DNA of 64,000 nucleotides from Eledone cirrhosa (taxonomy: Eukaryota), in assembly GCA_964016885.1 (NCBI GenBank), contig OZ024744.1:88102001-88166000 (forward strand), given 5' to 3'. A program made the position numbers and the translations under genes. Within the stretch, counting starts at the first letter, position 1. Every line of letters begins with the position of its first letter. Positions 37,629 through 53,061 of this stretch are shown here, in pieces. A model generated the notes under the pieces. It had not been told where the DNA came from. It was given only the letters and a program-made list of their open reading frames with translations, and made no database searches.

Positions 37629-37807
37629 CATATATACATACATACATACATTACACAGGAAGAAAAAGTAAGCGCCTAATTCCTTAGATAGCCATTCATA
37701 AAAGACATTAAACCATGGGTAGCTATTGTCTGTAATGAAAAGACTCATCCAATAGAAGTATTGATGCAAACGCAAATAAAGAAAGAAACAAGTAACACCA
37801 CTTTTAA

Positions 37808-37886
<79 letters not shown>

Positions 37887-38126
37887 GACCACCACCACCA
37901 CCACTCTCTCATCTTTCTCACTCTCACTCACCCACCCGCCTTCTCTCGCTTTCTGTAAGTAAAGATCAGAAACATTGTTTGTATGAGATGGGAAATAATA
38001 CAGCTACCATTAAAATCATGTTTTCTTTCACAAAACACACAATGAACAAACACTATTCATTCTCTTAAACTTATTATACAATGCTTCCAAGTCCGTGAGC
38101 ATTTTCAACGCGGCGCATAAACACTC

Positions 38127-39163
<1,037 letters not shown>

Positions 39164-39372
39164 AACGAAGGAAATGTGGTAAGGAACCAGATGGACCATG
39201 ACGCACCAAAATACTCAATACTTAGGGTAGTAGAGTTGGTAATAGAAACGAGTTGGACCCCCGCGGCTGAGCTCAAGCCGTTTCGACGGCTAATTCTGGA
39301 CCTAAAAAAAAAAATGTTTTAAATGTTACCCGTCGAAATGTCTTGAGCTCAGCCGTCGGGGTCCTACTCGTT

Positions 39373-39422
<50 letters not shown>

Positions 39423-39494
39423 AAAGGAAAGTATTCAAAATACACAGGGACGCACACATGGCGTACACACACACACACATGCACATGTATATAT

Positions 39495-39768
39495 AAAAAA
39501 TTCAGCTCGAGAGTAGCACAGAGGAGACTAAGTTTGGCTGGAACATGCTGACCGACATCCAGAGTTGACACTGCACTCAGTGCACCTGTGGGAGCCCCTG
39601 TATGGACACACTGGAAGAGGAACACCGAGGTTAACAAATGTTGATGCGCTAAGGACAAACACTGGTCTCTTGGAAACGCAAGAGACCTCGTTCAAGGATC
39701 TCGGGAATTTTACCCACCCTAGTCATATATATAAATATATACATGATAAATATATACATACACACATA

Positions 39769-39816
<48 letters not shown>

Positions 39817-40339
39817 TTGTTTTTCTACGGGTATGTCAATATTTATAATACATATTTTGTATTTTATCTGATGAAAGCGCACCAAAATTGCCTTGGTTGC
39901 CCTTGAAATATATATATAATAAAATAATTATGGTTTTATAAATATAGTTTCCATTTATTAATATATTGTATATATATATATATATATATATATACAAATA
40001 TAAATTAGCGTGAATCGTTTTCAGCTCAGGAATTAACGAAAATCAACCTCCGATATGTGTGGCAAGCGCTCGATGGTTCATGTGAATCAGAGCTACAACA
40101 TACGTTAAGGGCCAAACACACTGAGATGATGGTTAAACATATCATCTGCACAGCCAAAACAAACGACCAAGTAATTCGGGTCAAACAATAAAAATATATG
40201 TGTTGATACTTTCCCGGACCCTGGACTGATGGTAAAATCCAATATTGGTTTCTGCGACTCCAAAATCAGGTACTGTCCGCCTACATAAAGAATGTTGGGC
40301 TTCTGGTGATATGATGAACAAGGCAGTCGTGTTATCAAC

Positions 40340-40407
<68 letters not shown>

Positions 40408-40508
40408 TATATACACATATATATACACATATATATATATATACATATATATATAAATATACATATATATATATACATATATATATAAATATACATATAT
40501 ATATATAC

Positions 40509-40543
<35 letters not shown>

Positions 40544-40558
40544 GATATATATACACTG

Positions 40559-40645
<87 letters not shown>

Positions 40646-40669
40646 TGTATATATATATATATACATACA

Positions 40670-40705
<36 letters not shown>

Positions 40706-40735
40706 TGTATATATATATATATATATATACATACA

Positions 40736-40774
<39 letters not shown>

Positions 40775-40776
40775 CA

Positions 40777-40830
<54 letters not shown>

Positions 40831-41275
40831 CAGTTTATATATATATATATATAATACAGTATATATATATATATATATATAAGGAAGGAAATGTGGTAAG
40901 GAACCAGATGGACCATGACGCACGAAAGTACTCAATACTTAGGGTAGTAGAGTGGGTAATAGGAAGGAGTAGGACCCCAACGGCTGAGCTCAAGCCGTTT
41001 CGACAGCTAATTAAAAATTCAGCTCGAGAGTAGCACAGAGGAGACTAAGTTTGGCTGGAACATGCTGACCGACATCCAGATTTGACACTGCACTCAGTGC
41101 ACCTGTGGGAGCCCTGTATGGACACACTGGAAGAGGAACACCGAGGTTAACAAATGTTGATGCGCTAAGGACAAACACTGGTCTCTTGGAAACGCAAGAG
41201 ACCTCGTTCAAGGATCTCGGGAATTTTACCCACCCTAGTCATATATATAAATATATACATGATAAATATATACAT

Positions 41276-41338
<63 letters not shown>

Positions 41339-41859
41339 TTGTTTTTCTACGGGTATGTCAATATTTATAATACATATTTTGTATTTTATCTGATGAAAGC
41401 GCACCAAAATTGCCTTGGTTGCCCTTGAAATATATATATAATAAAATAATTATGGTTTTATAAATATAGTTTCCATTTATTAATATATTGTATATATATA
41501 TATATATATATATACAAATATAAATTAGCGTGAATCGTTTTCAGCTCAGGAATTAACGAAAATCAACCTCCGAGATGTGTGGCAAGCGCTCGATGGTTCA
41601 TGTGAATCAGAGCTACAACATACGTTAAGGGCCAAACAAACTGAGATGATGGTTAAACATATCATCCGCACAGCCAAAACAAACGACCAAGTAATTCGGG
41701 TCAAACAATAAAAATATATGTGTTGATACTTTCCCGGACCCTGGACTGATGGTAAAATCCAATATTGGTTTCTGCGACTCCAAAATCAGGTACTGTCCGC
41801 CTACATAAAGAATGTTGGGCTTCTGGTGATATGATGAACAAGGCAGTCGTGTTATCAAC

Positions 41860-41865
<6 letters not shown>
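39495..41865 (+). repeat. Tandem duplication: ~850 bp block (39495-40343) repeated at 41012-41863, period ~1.5 kb
   Basis: Near-identical sequence from AAATTCAGCTCGAGAGTAGC to GTTATCAACGGG. Contains an RTE-like fragment (RRLSLAG..LWEPLYGHTGRGTPRLT..D.L...TG). Confidence 0.92.
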
Positions 41866-41895
<30 letters not shown>

Positions 41896-42031
41896 AACCA
41901 GTAAGACCCCGTCGAAACGGATTGAGCTCAGCCGTCGTGGTCTTACTGGTTCCTATTACCCACTCTACTACCCTAAGTATTGAGTACTTTGGTGCGTTAT
42001 GGTCCACCTGGTTCCTTACCACATTTCCTTC

Positions 42032-42083
<52 letters not shown>

Positions 42084-42125
42084 AGATATGTGCGTATATA
42101 TACGTATATGTGTGTGTGCGTATGA

Positions 42126-42497
42126 TTCTTTTTCTCATTTCATACATTAGACTGCGGCCATGCTTGAGGAATCACCATGCTTATTACTCTTTGCTTCTGA
42201 AGTGCGGGACTTATTTTGTCGATGTGTGTGTGTGTGTGTGTGTGTGTATGCGTGTGTATGGGTGTATGTGAATTTTGTGTGTGCGCGTGTGTTTCTGTGT
42301 GCGTGTGTGTAGACACACACACACACACATACATATATGGGAGATCTCTTTTACGTTTGTGTTTGTATCTGTGATTATGTCCGGTACCATAGCGGTTGCA
42401 CAAACATGGGATCGACAAAATAAGTCGCAGACTTAAACGTAAACATGGTGGTGCTCCAGCATGACCGCAGTCTAATGAATGAAACTAATAAAAGAAT
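42126..42497. mobile_element. Inverted pair of 3' tails of a second SINE family (42126-42222 minus; 42409-42497 plus)
   Basis: GGTG.TCCAGCATG.CCGCAGTCTAATG...GAAA...AAAAGAAT occurs on both strands; a related tail lies at ~52555-52600. Confidence 0.7.
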
Positions 42498-42557
42498 CAT
42501 ACACACAAACACACACACACGCGCTTATATATATATATATGTGTTTTGGTTGACAGC

Positions 42558-43570
42558 TAGGTAGGTAGGTAGGAAGGTAGGTAGGTGGTAGGTAGGTAGG
42601 TAGGTAGGTAGGTAGGTAGGTAGGTAGGTAGGTAGGTAGGTAGGCTGGTAGGTAGATAGGTAGGTAGGTTGCTAGGTAGGTAGGTTGGTAGGTAGGCTGG
42701 TAGGTAGATAGGTAGGTAGGTTGCTAGGTAGGTAGGTAGGTAGGTAGGTAGGTAGGTAGGTAGGTAGGTAGGTAGGTAGGTAGGTAGGTAGGTAGGTAGG
42801 TAGGTAGGTAGGTAGGCTGGTAGGTAGATAGGTAGATAGGTAGATTGGTAGGTAGGTAGTTAGTTAGATAAGTTGGTAGGTATGTAGGTAGTTAGGTAGG
42901 TAGATATGTAGGTAGGTATGTAGATTGGTAGGGTAGGTAGGTATGATGTAGGTAGGTAGGTAGGTAGGTGGGTAGGTAAATAGGTAGGTAAATAGGTAGG
43001 TAGATAGTTTGATTGGTATGTATGTATGTATGTATGTATGTATGTATGTATGTATGTATGTATGTATGTATGTATGTATGTATGTATGTATGTATGTAGA
43101 TATGTTGGTAGGTGTGTAGGTAGATAGGTAATTAAGGTAGGTAGGTAGGTAGGTAGATAGGTGTGTGTGTAAGTTGGTAAGTAGCTTACTAGTCACCAAG
43201 GTAAGTTGGTAACTAGCTTATTAGTCAGGTATGTAGGTTGGTTGTTAGGTAGGTAAACAAATAGACATTTAAGCATTTATGCATGTGGGTAGATAGCTAG
43301 GTACAAAGGAAGCTAGGTAGGCAGGCAGGTTGGTAAATAGATGTATAGGTTGTTACGTCGGCTAGTATGTAGGTAAGTACGTTGGTAGATAGGTGAGTAG
43401 GTAGATATGTTGGGAGACAGGAAGTAGCTAGGTAAGATGGTAGATATTTAGGATGGTAGGTAGGTTAGTAGCTAGGTAGCTTCGTAGGCTGGGTTGTTGG
43501 TAGGTTGGTAAACAGATAGATATGTATGTAGGTAAGTTAGTAAGCGGCTTATTAGTCAGGTAAGTAGGTA
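42558..43570 (+). repeat. (GGTA)n / (TATG)n microsatellite and degenerate derivative
   Basis: Seen directly. Confidence 0.95.
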
Positions 43571-44297
43571 GGTTTCAGTTTAGCAAGTGATGTGACTGTT
43601 AGTGCACTCTTTACAAGAACATCTGGCTTTGATCTCTCTTCACTGATCATGGCGCCAAGGTACTTCAACTGCGTCACAGTCTTCAGCTCTTGACCATTGA
43701 CTGTGATCTTTCTTTCTATTGGGGTGTTTGTCCTCAGCTTGGTTTTCTCAGCACTTGCTAAACTGAAACCACTCTGGAGAGATAAAAACATCACTCTCAA
43801 GTACAAAATAAAACTACTGCCTGCATTGGTTATGTCCATTTTTTCTATACACATGCGAGCCATGCACCCTAACTGCTGAACTGCAAAGAACGATCGAAGC
43901 AGTGGAGATGAGATGCTTTAGGAGAATCCTGGGAATCTCCTACACAGAACATATCCCGAACAAGGAAGTCTGAAAAAGAATCATCCAGCATGTGAGCGAC
44001 TTTGAAGACTTGCTGACCACGGTGAAGAAGAGGAAGCAGAGGTGGTATGGACATGTAACGAGATCAGACGGACTCGCAAAGATGATTCTCCAGGGAACAA
44101 TACAGGGGAAGAGAAAACGGAGCAGACAGAGGAAGCGGTGGATAATAACATAGCTGAGTGGAAAGGAAAGAACTTTGCCACAACCCAAGTACTCTCCCAT
44201 GACTGCCAGAGATGGAGGCAGTTGGTGCAACGTTCAACAGTCCGGTGCCCCAACGACCCTGAAAAGTGTTTGGGGACCTTGATGACGATGATGATGA
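43571..44297 (+). mobile_element. RTE-clade LINE 3' fragment with inverted 5' segment and (GAT)n tail
   Basis: Plus strand: ALAKLKPLWRDKNITLKYKIKLL...EMRCFRRILGISY...WYGHVTR. Minus strand 43571-43735: ITVNGQELKTVTQLKYLGAMIS...LAKLKP. Confidence 0.88.
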
Positions 44298-44362
44298 AGT
44301 AAATAGGTAGGTATGTAGGTAAGTAGATACACAGGTAGGTAGATTGTTAGGTAGGTAAATAG

Positions 44363-44746
44363 ATATCTTTCTTTATTTGTCACAAGGGCGTACACAAATG
44401 GGACATTACAAGACGTGACGGCGGGGGTTTTACATAAAAATCATATATTAAGAAATAACTGTTTCTACTTTAGGCACAAGGCCAGCAATTACCCAGTGCA
44501 TTACTGGTACTTTATTTTATAGACTCCGTAAGGATGAAAGGCAAAGTCAACCTCGGCGGGATTTGAACTCAGATCGTAAAGGGACGTAACTATGCTGGAA
44601 TGCATGGCGTCCGACGCTCTACCGATACTGCCAATCCACCGGCCTGTTATTTATTAATGTTAAAGTTATTTTTATGTAAAACCCCCACCGTCAGGTCTTG
44701 TAATGTTCCATTTTTGAACGTCCCTGTGGCAAATAAAGAAAGATAT
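44363..44746. mobile_element. Two inverted ~80-100 bp family C Tx1 3' termini enclosing a minus-strand SINE (44455-44643)
   Basis: 44363-44441 and 44645-44746 both match 45235-45340, in opposite orientations. Confidence 0.8.
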
Positions 44747-44812
44747 ATATTAAGAAATAAGATATATATTAAGAAATTAAGAAATAACAGACAGACAGAT
44801 AGATAGATAGAT

Positions 44813-45197
44813 ATATTTCTTTATTAGCCACAGGGGCACAACAGAAGGGGACAAATACAAAGGGGGAAGTTTACATACAATAAAAACGTGTAAAATGTTA
44901 TCACAAATGGAATTTAAAAAGTTAGTCGATTTTCCCCAATAGAGGGAGACAGTTTATATGGGTAACACATACCCCCGAAAAAAAATGTGCAACCCTCATC
45001 TCCAGGAGTACGAAGAGTTTGTACTCCTTTCCTCTCCTCCTCCTTTTCCTCAACCTACAGGCTGATTTAGAGAGAAGGCCCATTCACTCGGGCCATTCTC
45101 GCCACTTTCACCCACCTTTCATAAAACTTGCTGGGGTACAGCACCTCTCTCTCCACCCTGATTCTTCTTCCAAAGTGGTATTTGAAAAAAAGAATCA
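44813..45197 (-). mobile_element. ~385 bp 3' fragment of family B Tx1-like LINE
   Basis: Near-identical to 7772-8156; GATA flanks. Confidence 0.92.
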
Positions 45198-45234
45198 GAT
45201 AGATAGATAGATAGTCTGAACGATAGATAGATAG

Positions 45235-45870
45235 ATATCTTTCTTTATTTGCCACAGGGGCGTACAAAAATGGGACATTACAAGACGTGACGGCGGGGTT
45301 TTACATAAAAATAACTTTAACATTAATAAATAACAATAAACTATATATAATAAAATAACAATTGAAATCCCCAATAGGAGGGAACGTTACTGCAGGGTTG
45401 TTTTACACCTCGTGGATAGAACAACCCTCAACACCAGGAACACGTTTTGTAGGTGTTCCTGTCTTCCCTCTGTTTATCTTCCTCAAACTACAGGTTTATA
45501 TACAGAGAAGGCCCATTCACTCGGGCCATTTTCGCCACATTCACCCACCTTTCAGCGAATTTACTGGGGTGTAGCACCTCTCTCTCCACTCTCACCTTCC
45601 TTCTGAAGTGGTACTTAAATAAGGGGATAAGTTGTTTTCCGGAGAGAGAGGTGTTTGCCCTCAATCCTTTTAACCTCGTTCACCATATTACCTCTTTCGC
45701 CATAGCCACCAGACAGAGGAACCCCCCCCCCCCCCCCGTTGTTAAATGAAGGGGGCGGGGTGACACTCACGATGGACTCGGCTGAGAACTGGATGTGTCC
45801 CACACGTGACAGTAGCTGTTCGACATAATACCACAGGTCGGTCACCCCTCCTGGGCACTGAACAATTGCG
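45235..45870 (-). mobile_element. 3' fragment of family C Tx1-like LINE
   Basis: Homologous to 14040-14630; GATA flanks. Confidence 0.9.
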
Positions 45871-45942
45871 TAGATAGATAGACGGACCGGTATGCTGGCA
45901 GGTAGGCAGGTAGGTCGGTAGGTAGGTAAATAGAGAGTTAAT

Positions 45943-46085
45943 TACCGTATTTCCCGGCGTTGAAGACGCTATCTTTTTCCCAAAATAAGTCTCAAAAATC
46001 TACCACGTGTCCTGGAGGCCGAATGTTGTTTATAATATTTTTTTCAAATTTTCGATTGTCAAAATTAGGGTGTGTCCTCATCATT
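45943..46085 (+). mobile_element. Tc2/pogo-like MITE end; second copy ~47005-47315 interrupted by a SINE
   Basis: TACCGTATTTCCCGGCGTTGAAGACGC terminus and TAGGGTG(T/C)GTC(C/T)TC subterminal motif, repeated at 47005-47315. Confidence 0.55.
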
Positions 46086-46534
46086 AGGAGGAGAGGGGGA
46101 TGAAAAGAAGGTGGATGCGGAGGAGAAAGACGGAAGAAGAAGAAGAAGAAGAAGAAGAAGAAGAAGAAGAAGAAGAAGATATTTTGCAATAAACCGAATA
46201 ACACTCATCGTATTTCTATAAACGTAGGTAAGATCTAAGACACAATATATATTAGGTTGCTGAAAAACCTTTTTCACACTATATTCAGAAAGAAGCCTTC
46301 GGTTGTACGCAAAATCTTACAAGATATCACTCAACTTTACATCCACAACGCCATTAAATTTGCCTTTCGATGAGTGCAGGTTAGGGATGCAAAAATAAGA
46401 AATTTAAGAATAGATGCTGGAAGTGGCAGATAATATAGGTACTAAAAGTCTATTTCGGTAACACGTAGAAGCATCTTGGTAAAACAAAAAGGTGCTGGAT
46501 TTTGAACGATTTGTTTTAAACATTAATTTAAGTC

Positions 46535-46785
46535 TGCTGCACTTCGGGCTGAGGAGGGCAACTCCAAGTATAGGTGGCTCTCCGACAGGTTTGCAGTCGT
46601 GCCCCTAGCAGTGGAGACTTCTGATGTCCTTAGCCCTGGGGCTACCTTCCTACTTACCACCATAGGCGCTGAGCTGGCTAGCAGCAGTTGTGACTCTCGC
46701 CTCGCGAGATAGAATGGCTATCCACCGCATCTCTCTTATAATCCTCCGAGGAAACACCTTCTCCATTCTGTCCGCCGGGATTAAG
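46535..46785 (+). mobile_element. CRE-clade non-LTR retrotransposon C-terminal (RLE) remnant
   Basis: AALRAEE..SKYRWLSDRFAVVPLAVETS...RISLIILRGNTFSIL resembles the CRE motif KY..L....F.P.AVET.G...QRxSxAxQRGN. Confidence 0.7.
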
Positions 46786-47130
46786 GATTTATCAGTTTCT
46801 CTCACAAGACTGAGCAACTAAACTAAATATAAGGGTTATCCTACTACTAAGGGAAAAGAAATGTAGCGCGTCAAATCTTGATTTGATCATTCTGTCTTGA
46901 AAAAAATGCGATACCAAAATATATTAAAGTATTGATATATAAAAACTTTTTTCCCATACAGCCAGATCCGTCCTTCTTTTACCCCTTACCAATTTTCTCA
47001 TTAATTGCCTTATTTCTCGGCGTCGAAGACGCTACTTTTTTCCTAAAATAAATGTCAAAAATCTACCATGCGCCCTGGAGGCCGAAGGTTGTTTATTATC
47101 TTTTTGGCGGGATTTAAACTCTGCTCTTGA

Positions 47131-48261
47131 GCTGAGTTCAAATCCCGCCGAGGTTAACTTTGCCTTTCATCCTTACGGGGTCGATAAATTAAAGTCACGC
47201 AGTGGGGTTGATTTAATCGACTTTCCCTTCCCTCAAAATTGCTGGCCTTGTGCCTTTATAAGAAACTATTATGTTTTTTTCAAATTTTTGGTGGTCAAAT
47301 TTAGGGTGCGTCTTCGCATATTTGTTTGTAGTGTTATTTATACATCTGTGAATTGATTTATTAAAAATTGAATCGTAGATTGTAAAAACCAAAAATATAT
47401 ACATAAGAAAATGTGTTACCAAAAATGTGACGTGCTTAAATGATGTCCTTAAATGTCTGGGCTTGTAATTCCCATCGATTCCACTTTATATATGCGATGT
47501 CGGATATATTTTTATAAGCAAAAGCTGAACGCATTTTCATGCATTAATAAATAAATAAAGAAACAAAGAAAGAAATCATTATTACTGTGTGGAAAGGGGC
47601 GGTGAATTGGCAGCATTAGTAGAGCGCGTCAGACACCATGATTTACAGCATAGAGTTATGGCCCTTTACGTTATGAGTTCAAATCCCGCCGGGGTTAACT
47701 TTGCCTTTCATCCTTACGGGGGTCGATAAAATAAAAATACCAGTAATACACTGAAATAATTGCTGGCCTTGTGCCTAAAGTAGAAACAATTATTACTATA
47801 CAAAATGTTCGCCGTAGTAGATGATTCTGGCATTTGTTCAGTTGTTTAGGAATTTGTTCCATATTGGCGGCGCATGGGGTCATTGGATGGAATATATCCC
47901 GATTAACTAACAGTCCTCTTGACTCTTGCAAAAACACTTTCACATGCGAATAACATATTCCGTCTCTGTCCAGCTGATAAGGCCCGTCTCTGTCCAGCTG
48001 ATAAGGCCTAATATAACTTTACACAAAGATCCTGTACTACATAGAATTACAAATTATTGTTACTACATCGGTGGGTGGATTGGCAGTATCAGTAGAGGGT
48101 GGGACGCCATGCTTTCCAGCATAGTTACGTCCCTTTACGATCTGAGTTCAAATCCCGCCGAGGTTGACTTTGCCTTTCATCCTTACGGGGTCGATAGAAT
48201 AAAGTACCAGTAATACACTGGTGTAATTTGCTGGCCTTGTGCCTAAAGTAGAAACAATTAT
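47131..48261 (+). mobile_element. Three tRNA-derived SINE copies (47131-47272 partial, 47597-47795, 48069-48261)
   Basis: B-box, core and tail match the family. Confidence 0.88.
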
Positions 48262-49125
48262 TGTTACTACATCTACAAACAAATCACATATACTTAAATG
48301 TATATACTTTCTCTTTCTCCTACACTTTCTCTCTATTTCTCACACACTGACACACAGTTACATATATTCATTTAACAAATATACGTTCACTTCTTTATAT
48401 ATTTAGTTATATGTATGTATTTATGTTTGTATACATATATATATATCTATATATATGTGTATGTATATACACTCTCAGACACACATATATATGTGTGTTT
48501 CTGTGTATGTATGTATATATATATATATATATATGTGTATATATATATATACATATAAATTTATATGTGTGTGTGCGTGTGTGTATATATATATATATAT
48601 ATAAGTATGTATATATATTTGTATACACTCAGACACACACTTGATTGCTCTTGGGCTATATACTGGCATTTAATAAACAACTAAAACGAGTAAAGGATTT
48701 AATCAAGTAAACAAAACTATATATATATATATATATATACACATGTATATACATATATGTATGTATAAGTATATATATATATATATATATATGCATATAA
48801 CGAGGTGCGTTCGTATGAATGTCTAAGAGAAATATAGATAAAACCTGTGAAAAATAAAAAGATTAATAAATAATAACACAATTCGGTTGCCGCCATAACC
48901 CGAAGCAGTTTTCTGGTGCGAGTATTAACCTTTTCTTTTACTAGCACATTTTTTTTTTAATCCTTACTCCATATCGTTTTAATGAAACACACAACTAGTG
49001 AGAAATTTAACAAAGTTTTAGCTATAGAATGTGCGAACATTTGACAAGGGATGAGAGGGTATTTCCAATCTACTACACCACCTTGGCTCCTGAAGCATTT
49101 TATTCTATTCGGGTATGTATATGTA

Positions 49126-49176
<51 letters not shown>

Positions 49177-49374
49177 GCGCGCGCGCGCAAACACACACAC
49201 ACATACACACACATAAATGTAAGTATATATATATATATATATATGTAATCATATCTGGCACTTCCGGATTGAATTTATGTATGAATATATATGTATGTAT
49301 ATATATATATATATGTATGTATGTAAATATATGTACATATATATATATATATATATATATACGTGTGTGTATAC

Positions 49375-49433
<59 letters not shown>

Positions 49434-49472
49434 AATATATGTACATATATATATATATACGTGTGTGTATAC

Positions 49473-49506
<34 letters not shown>

Positions 49507-49584
49507 GTGTGGGTGGGGGGAAGAGTCAGGACCCCGGCGGCTGAGCTCCGGCTGTTTCGACAGCTAGATCCGAACTGTCTTTTG

Positions 49585-49765
49585 GATTGGCAGTATCAGT
49601 GGAGGGTCGGACACCTTGCTTTGACGCATAGAGTTACAGCCCTTCCATTTTGAGTTCAAATCCCGCCGAGGATAACTTTGCCTTTCATTCTTACGGGGTC
49701 GATAAAATGAAGTACCAGTAATGCACTGGGTAATTGCTGGCATTGTGCCAAAAGTAGAAACAATT
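49585..49765 (+). mobile_element. tRNA-derived SINE copy
   Basis: Family match. Confidence 0.88.
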
Positions 49766-50396
49766 ATATATATATATATACATATATATATGTGCTTCTC
49801 ACAAATAATTTCACTCACATATACCAAATTCGATTTACGAGGCATTGGTCAAACGTGGACTATACTAGAAGACACTTGTGTAATGTCCCATTCAGTGAGA
49901 AAACGCAAAACACCACTTGTTTGCGGAAAAAAATTTCTTTCTTGACCATAAACTCATGAAATGCTGGATTACCTATCCTCAGTGACTTAGGAAAAGTTGA
50001 AGCTGGGCCGTGTAAAATTAGGTTTCACTGTCCTGTAATATAGGTCTGAAAAGTGTGGAGAAATGTATCTCCTTTAACAGAGAAACCTATTCCAATGTGA
50101 TCTCAATGAGGCAAAAGCATCACTAAACTGGTAACCGTGCTGAATCGGTTACTTGGCACTATAACCATCCAAATCGATGACTTTAAAAAAATTTTAATTA
50201 TATATATATATGCATGTGTGTGTATGTGCGTGTGCGCGTATGTGTCTCTGTGTATGTTTGTGTGTGTGTGTGATTTGTTGATATATTTTCAAATTCTCTT
50301 ACTGTATATAACACAACACCATCTCAACAAATAATTCTCTTGTAAAAAAAAACATTCAGATATACCATTTACTCACATTCGCCACATCCCACACAT

Positions 50397-50505
<109 letters not shown>

Positions 50506-50512
50506 TATATTC

Positions 50513-50601
<89 letters not shown>

Positions 50602-51366
50602 AACATTTTATCCTAATTACCAAGGAAATCCTCAGAAATGATGTGCATATAAAAGGGTCAACTAATTCAATTATGTGCCAGAGTCTATACTGCCGCGCCG
50701 TCTAGGGTGATATCTTTGCTATATGGCCGGTGGTCTCCCTACACTCCTTCCTATATGGTTTACAAACATCCCTAGTGCTCAACACATTTTCCTTATCTCT
50801 TGTAAACAAAGCCATTTATTTATTCATTTATTTATATATTTATTTTAATTTCAAAGCTCTATGGTACCTAAAATCCACTCCACTCGCTATCTGTCAATTT
50901 AACGCCATTTAAGCACTTCTAAATCCAAGTAAGATATAAAGAACACTTAACGCCTTTTAAATGCCTTAAGTACATTCAGCCCAGGTGACCCTTTTTGTCT
51001 CTAATTGAGCTTCGTATAGATAAACGAATGCTGCCTTAATCTAACACTTCAGATTTTAAGCTAGCTCTACTCTCCTGTCAATTACTTTCTTTGTTAACAA
51101 CCTATCTTCGTGTCGATAGGCCCATACATCAAATAAGGTTGTTGTTTTTTTTCTTCAGAGTTATCTCTAGCTTTCATTTGAGTTTTTTAGTGAATCTCAT
51201 CTATTATTCTTCGGTTGGAGAATGAATGAAGATCACCCAATCCAATTTTCATATTAATAACATGTTGGACGACTTGTGTCTATGTAACAAGTGGATTATA
51301 CACTGTTGGTCTAAGTTTGTTGTTGTTCTGGTGAATGTTATGATTATTACTACTAGATACAAGGAG

Positions 51367-51775
51367 GGGTGTGGATTGGAAGAAACGGTAGAGCGTCGGA
51401 CAAAATGTTTTGCTGCTTGCAGTTATGTCCCTTTACATTCTGTGTTCAAATTCCGCCGATGTTAACTTGCCTTTCATTCTTACAGGTTCGGTAAAATGCA
51501 GTACCAGTTAAGCACTGGATTCGATTTAATCGACTTTCCCCACCCACCAAAAATTGTTGGACTTGTGCTTAAATCAGAAACCATTATTACTAGGGCGATA
51601 AATTGGCAGAATGGTTAGGGTTTGGACATATACATAGCAGTATATATTTTCGCTCTTTACTTTCTGAGTTCAAATCACACCGGGATTAACTTTGCTTTTT
51701 CATTCTTCTGGAGTCGATAGAACAGTGTACCGGTTAACATGTAATGATTTTTACTTCCTTTAAATTGCTGAGCTA
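51367..51775 (+). mobile_element. Two diverged older SINE copies
   Basis: Degenerate A/B boxes and core (GCCTTTCATTCTT..AGTACCAG). Confidence 0.7.
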
Positions 51776-52071
51776 AAATTATGTATCCTTATTAGTAGCC
51801 ACAGTTTAGTACCATTTTAGCATATAGATTATCAATTGATTTCCAGCTTTGACCATCTCATCTAAGTTTCGGACATAATATAATTAGTACTATATTATAT
51901 AATGTATCTTTCTATAGCTTTATGATATCACGCAAAAGCACATTACAAGTTATAAGAAACCGAGTGATAACAATTTGTGCAAACGGCACTAGAATGGTAG
52001 ATAGAAATACAGATATGGATTAGAACAGGAAGAAAGATTTAATACTCCCTGGCCTAAATTCACACCCACGC

Positions 52072-52107
<36 letters not shown>

Positions 52108-52164
52108 GTGTGTGTCTGTGTGTGTGTCTGTGTGTGTGTGTGTTTGTGCAATTATATATACTGT

Positions 52165-52600
52165 GAAGACGTGTGGCTTAGTGCATACGCTGTTCTGTTC
52201 ACGATCATATTGGCGGCGCACTGTGTCCTTGAGCAAAACACTTCATTTCCTGTTACTGCAGTCTACTCAGCTGGCAAAAATAGGTGGTATCTATAATTCA
52301 ATGAGCCGGCCAAGTCACAACTTGAGAGACGCTAATCTCCCTGAGAACTACGTTAAAGTGTAGACATGTTTGTGATATGTTCCGCCACATGCACGTTAAT
52401 TTTGCGAGCAGGCTGTTTCGCTGATCGAATCAACTGGAATACACCTGGGTAGCACCGACAGAGATCCAACGCACACACATACCCAAAAGGTAAACTTTAT
52501 TCTACGGTGGATAGAGATCCATACATTACGTTGGTATCAATATAAACCACTAAAAAATGATACCCCAGTATGACCACAGTCCATTAGCTTGAGACTGTAA
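52165..52600 (+). mobile_element. Second SINE family, with CORE/V-like central domain
   Basis: GTGGCTTAGTG head; TGTGTCCTTGAGCAAAACACTT...CAGTCTACTCAGCTGG core; tail related to 42445-42497. Confidence 0.55.
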
Positions 52601-53061
52601 ATTCTATATGCACTCTGTTAATTAATTCATATTTAAAGTGTTCGCTACTATATCTCTAATGAAATAAACAGCTCATAATTTTGAAATCATTTTGAAAATA
52701 ATCGAGAATTTCGTGATATCAAAATATGTAATTAACTTTTTCATTATTAAACTGTTGTTTGGAACAAAACAAATGTTCGTATATAAAATTATGATAAACA
52801 GTTTTTAGATGTATATAAACCTGTTCAAACAAACGGTTATTCCTCATAGAAACCAGGATAGTTTCAGGCAGTTTCTTATGAAAAGTGTTACGTCAGGTAT
52901 TTGGAACAATTTTCTGTAAATAATTGTGGAATGTCTGTAATTAACGAACGAGGATGGTGAAAAAAAAACAATAATTTTTTTATATTCGATTAAGACCACA
53001 GGTTTATAGAGATGGATAAATTAATGAGATTATGTCAGTTGGATTATAACTTATCAATAAA

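Noticed and set aside
40020-40343. Possible host exon in the duplicated block
   Set aside because: Stops or no convincing splice context. An ADD motif and FTISP on the minus strand suggest a very decayed RTE RT, too weak to call.
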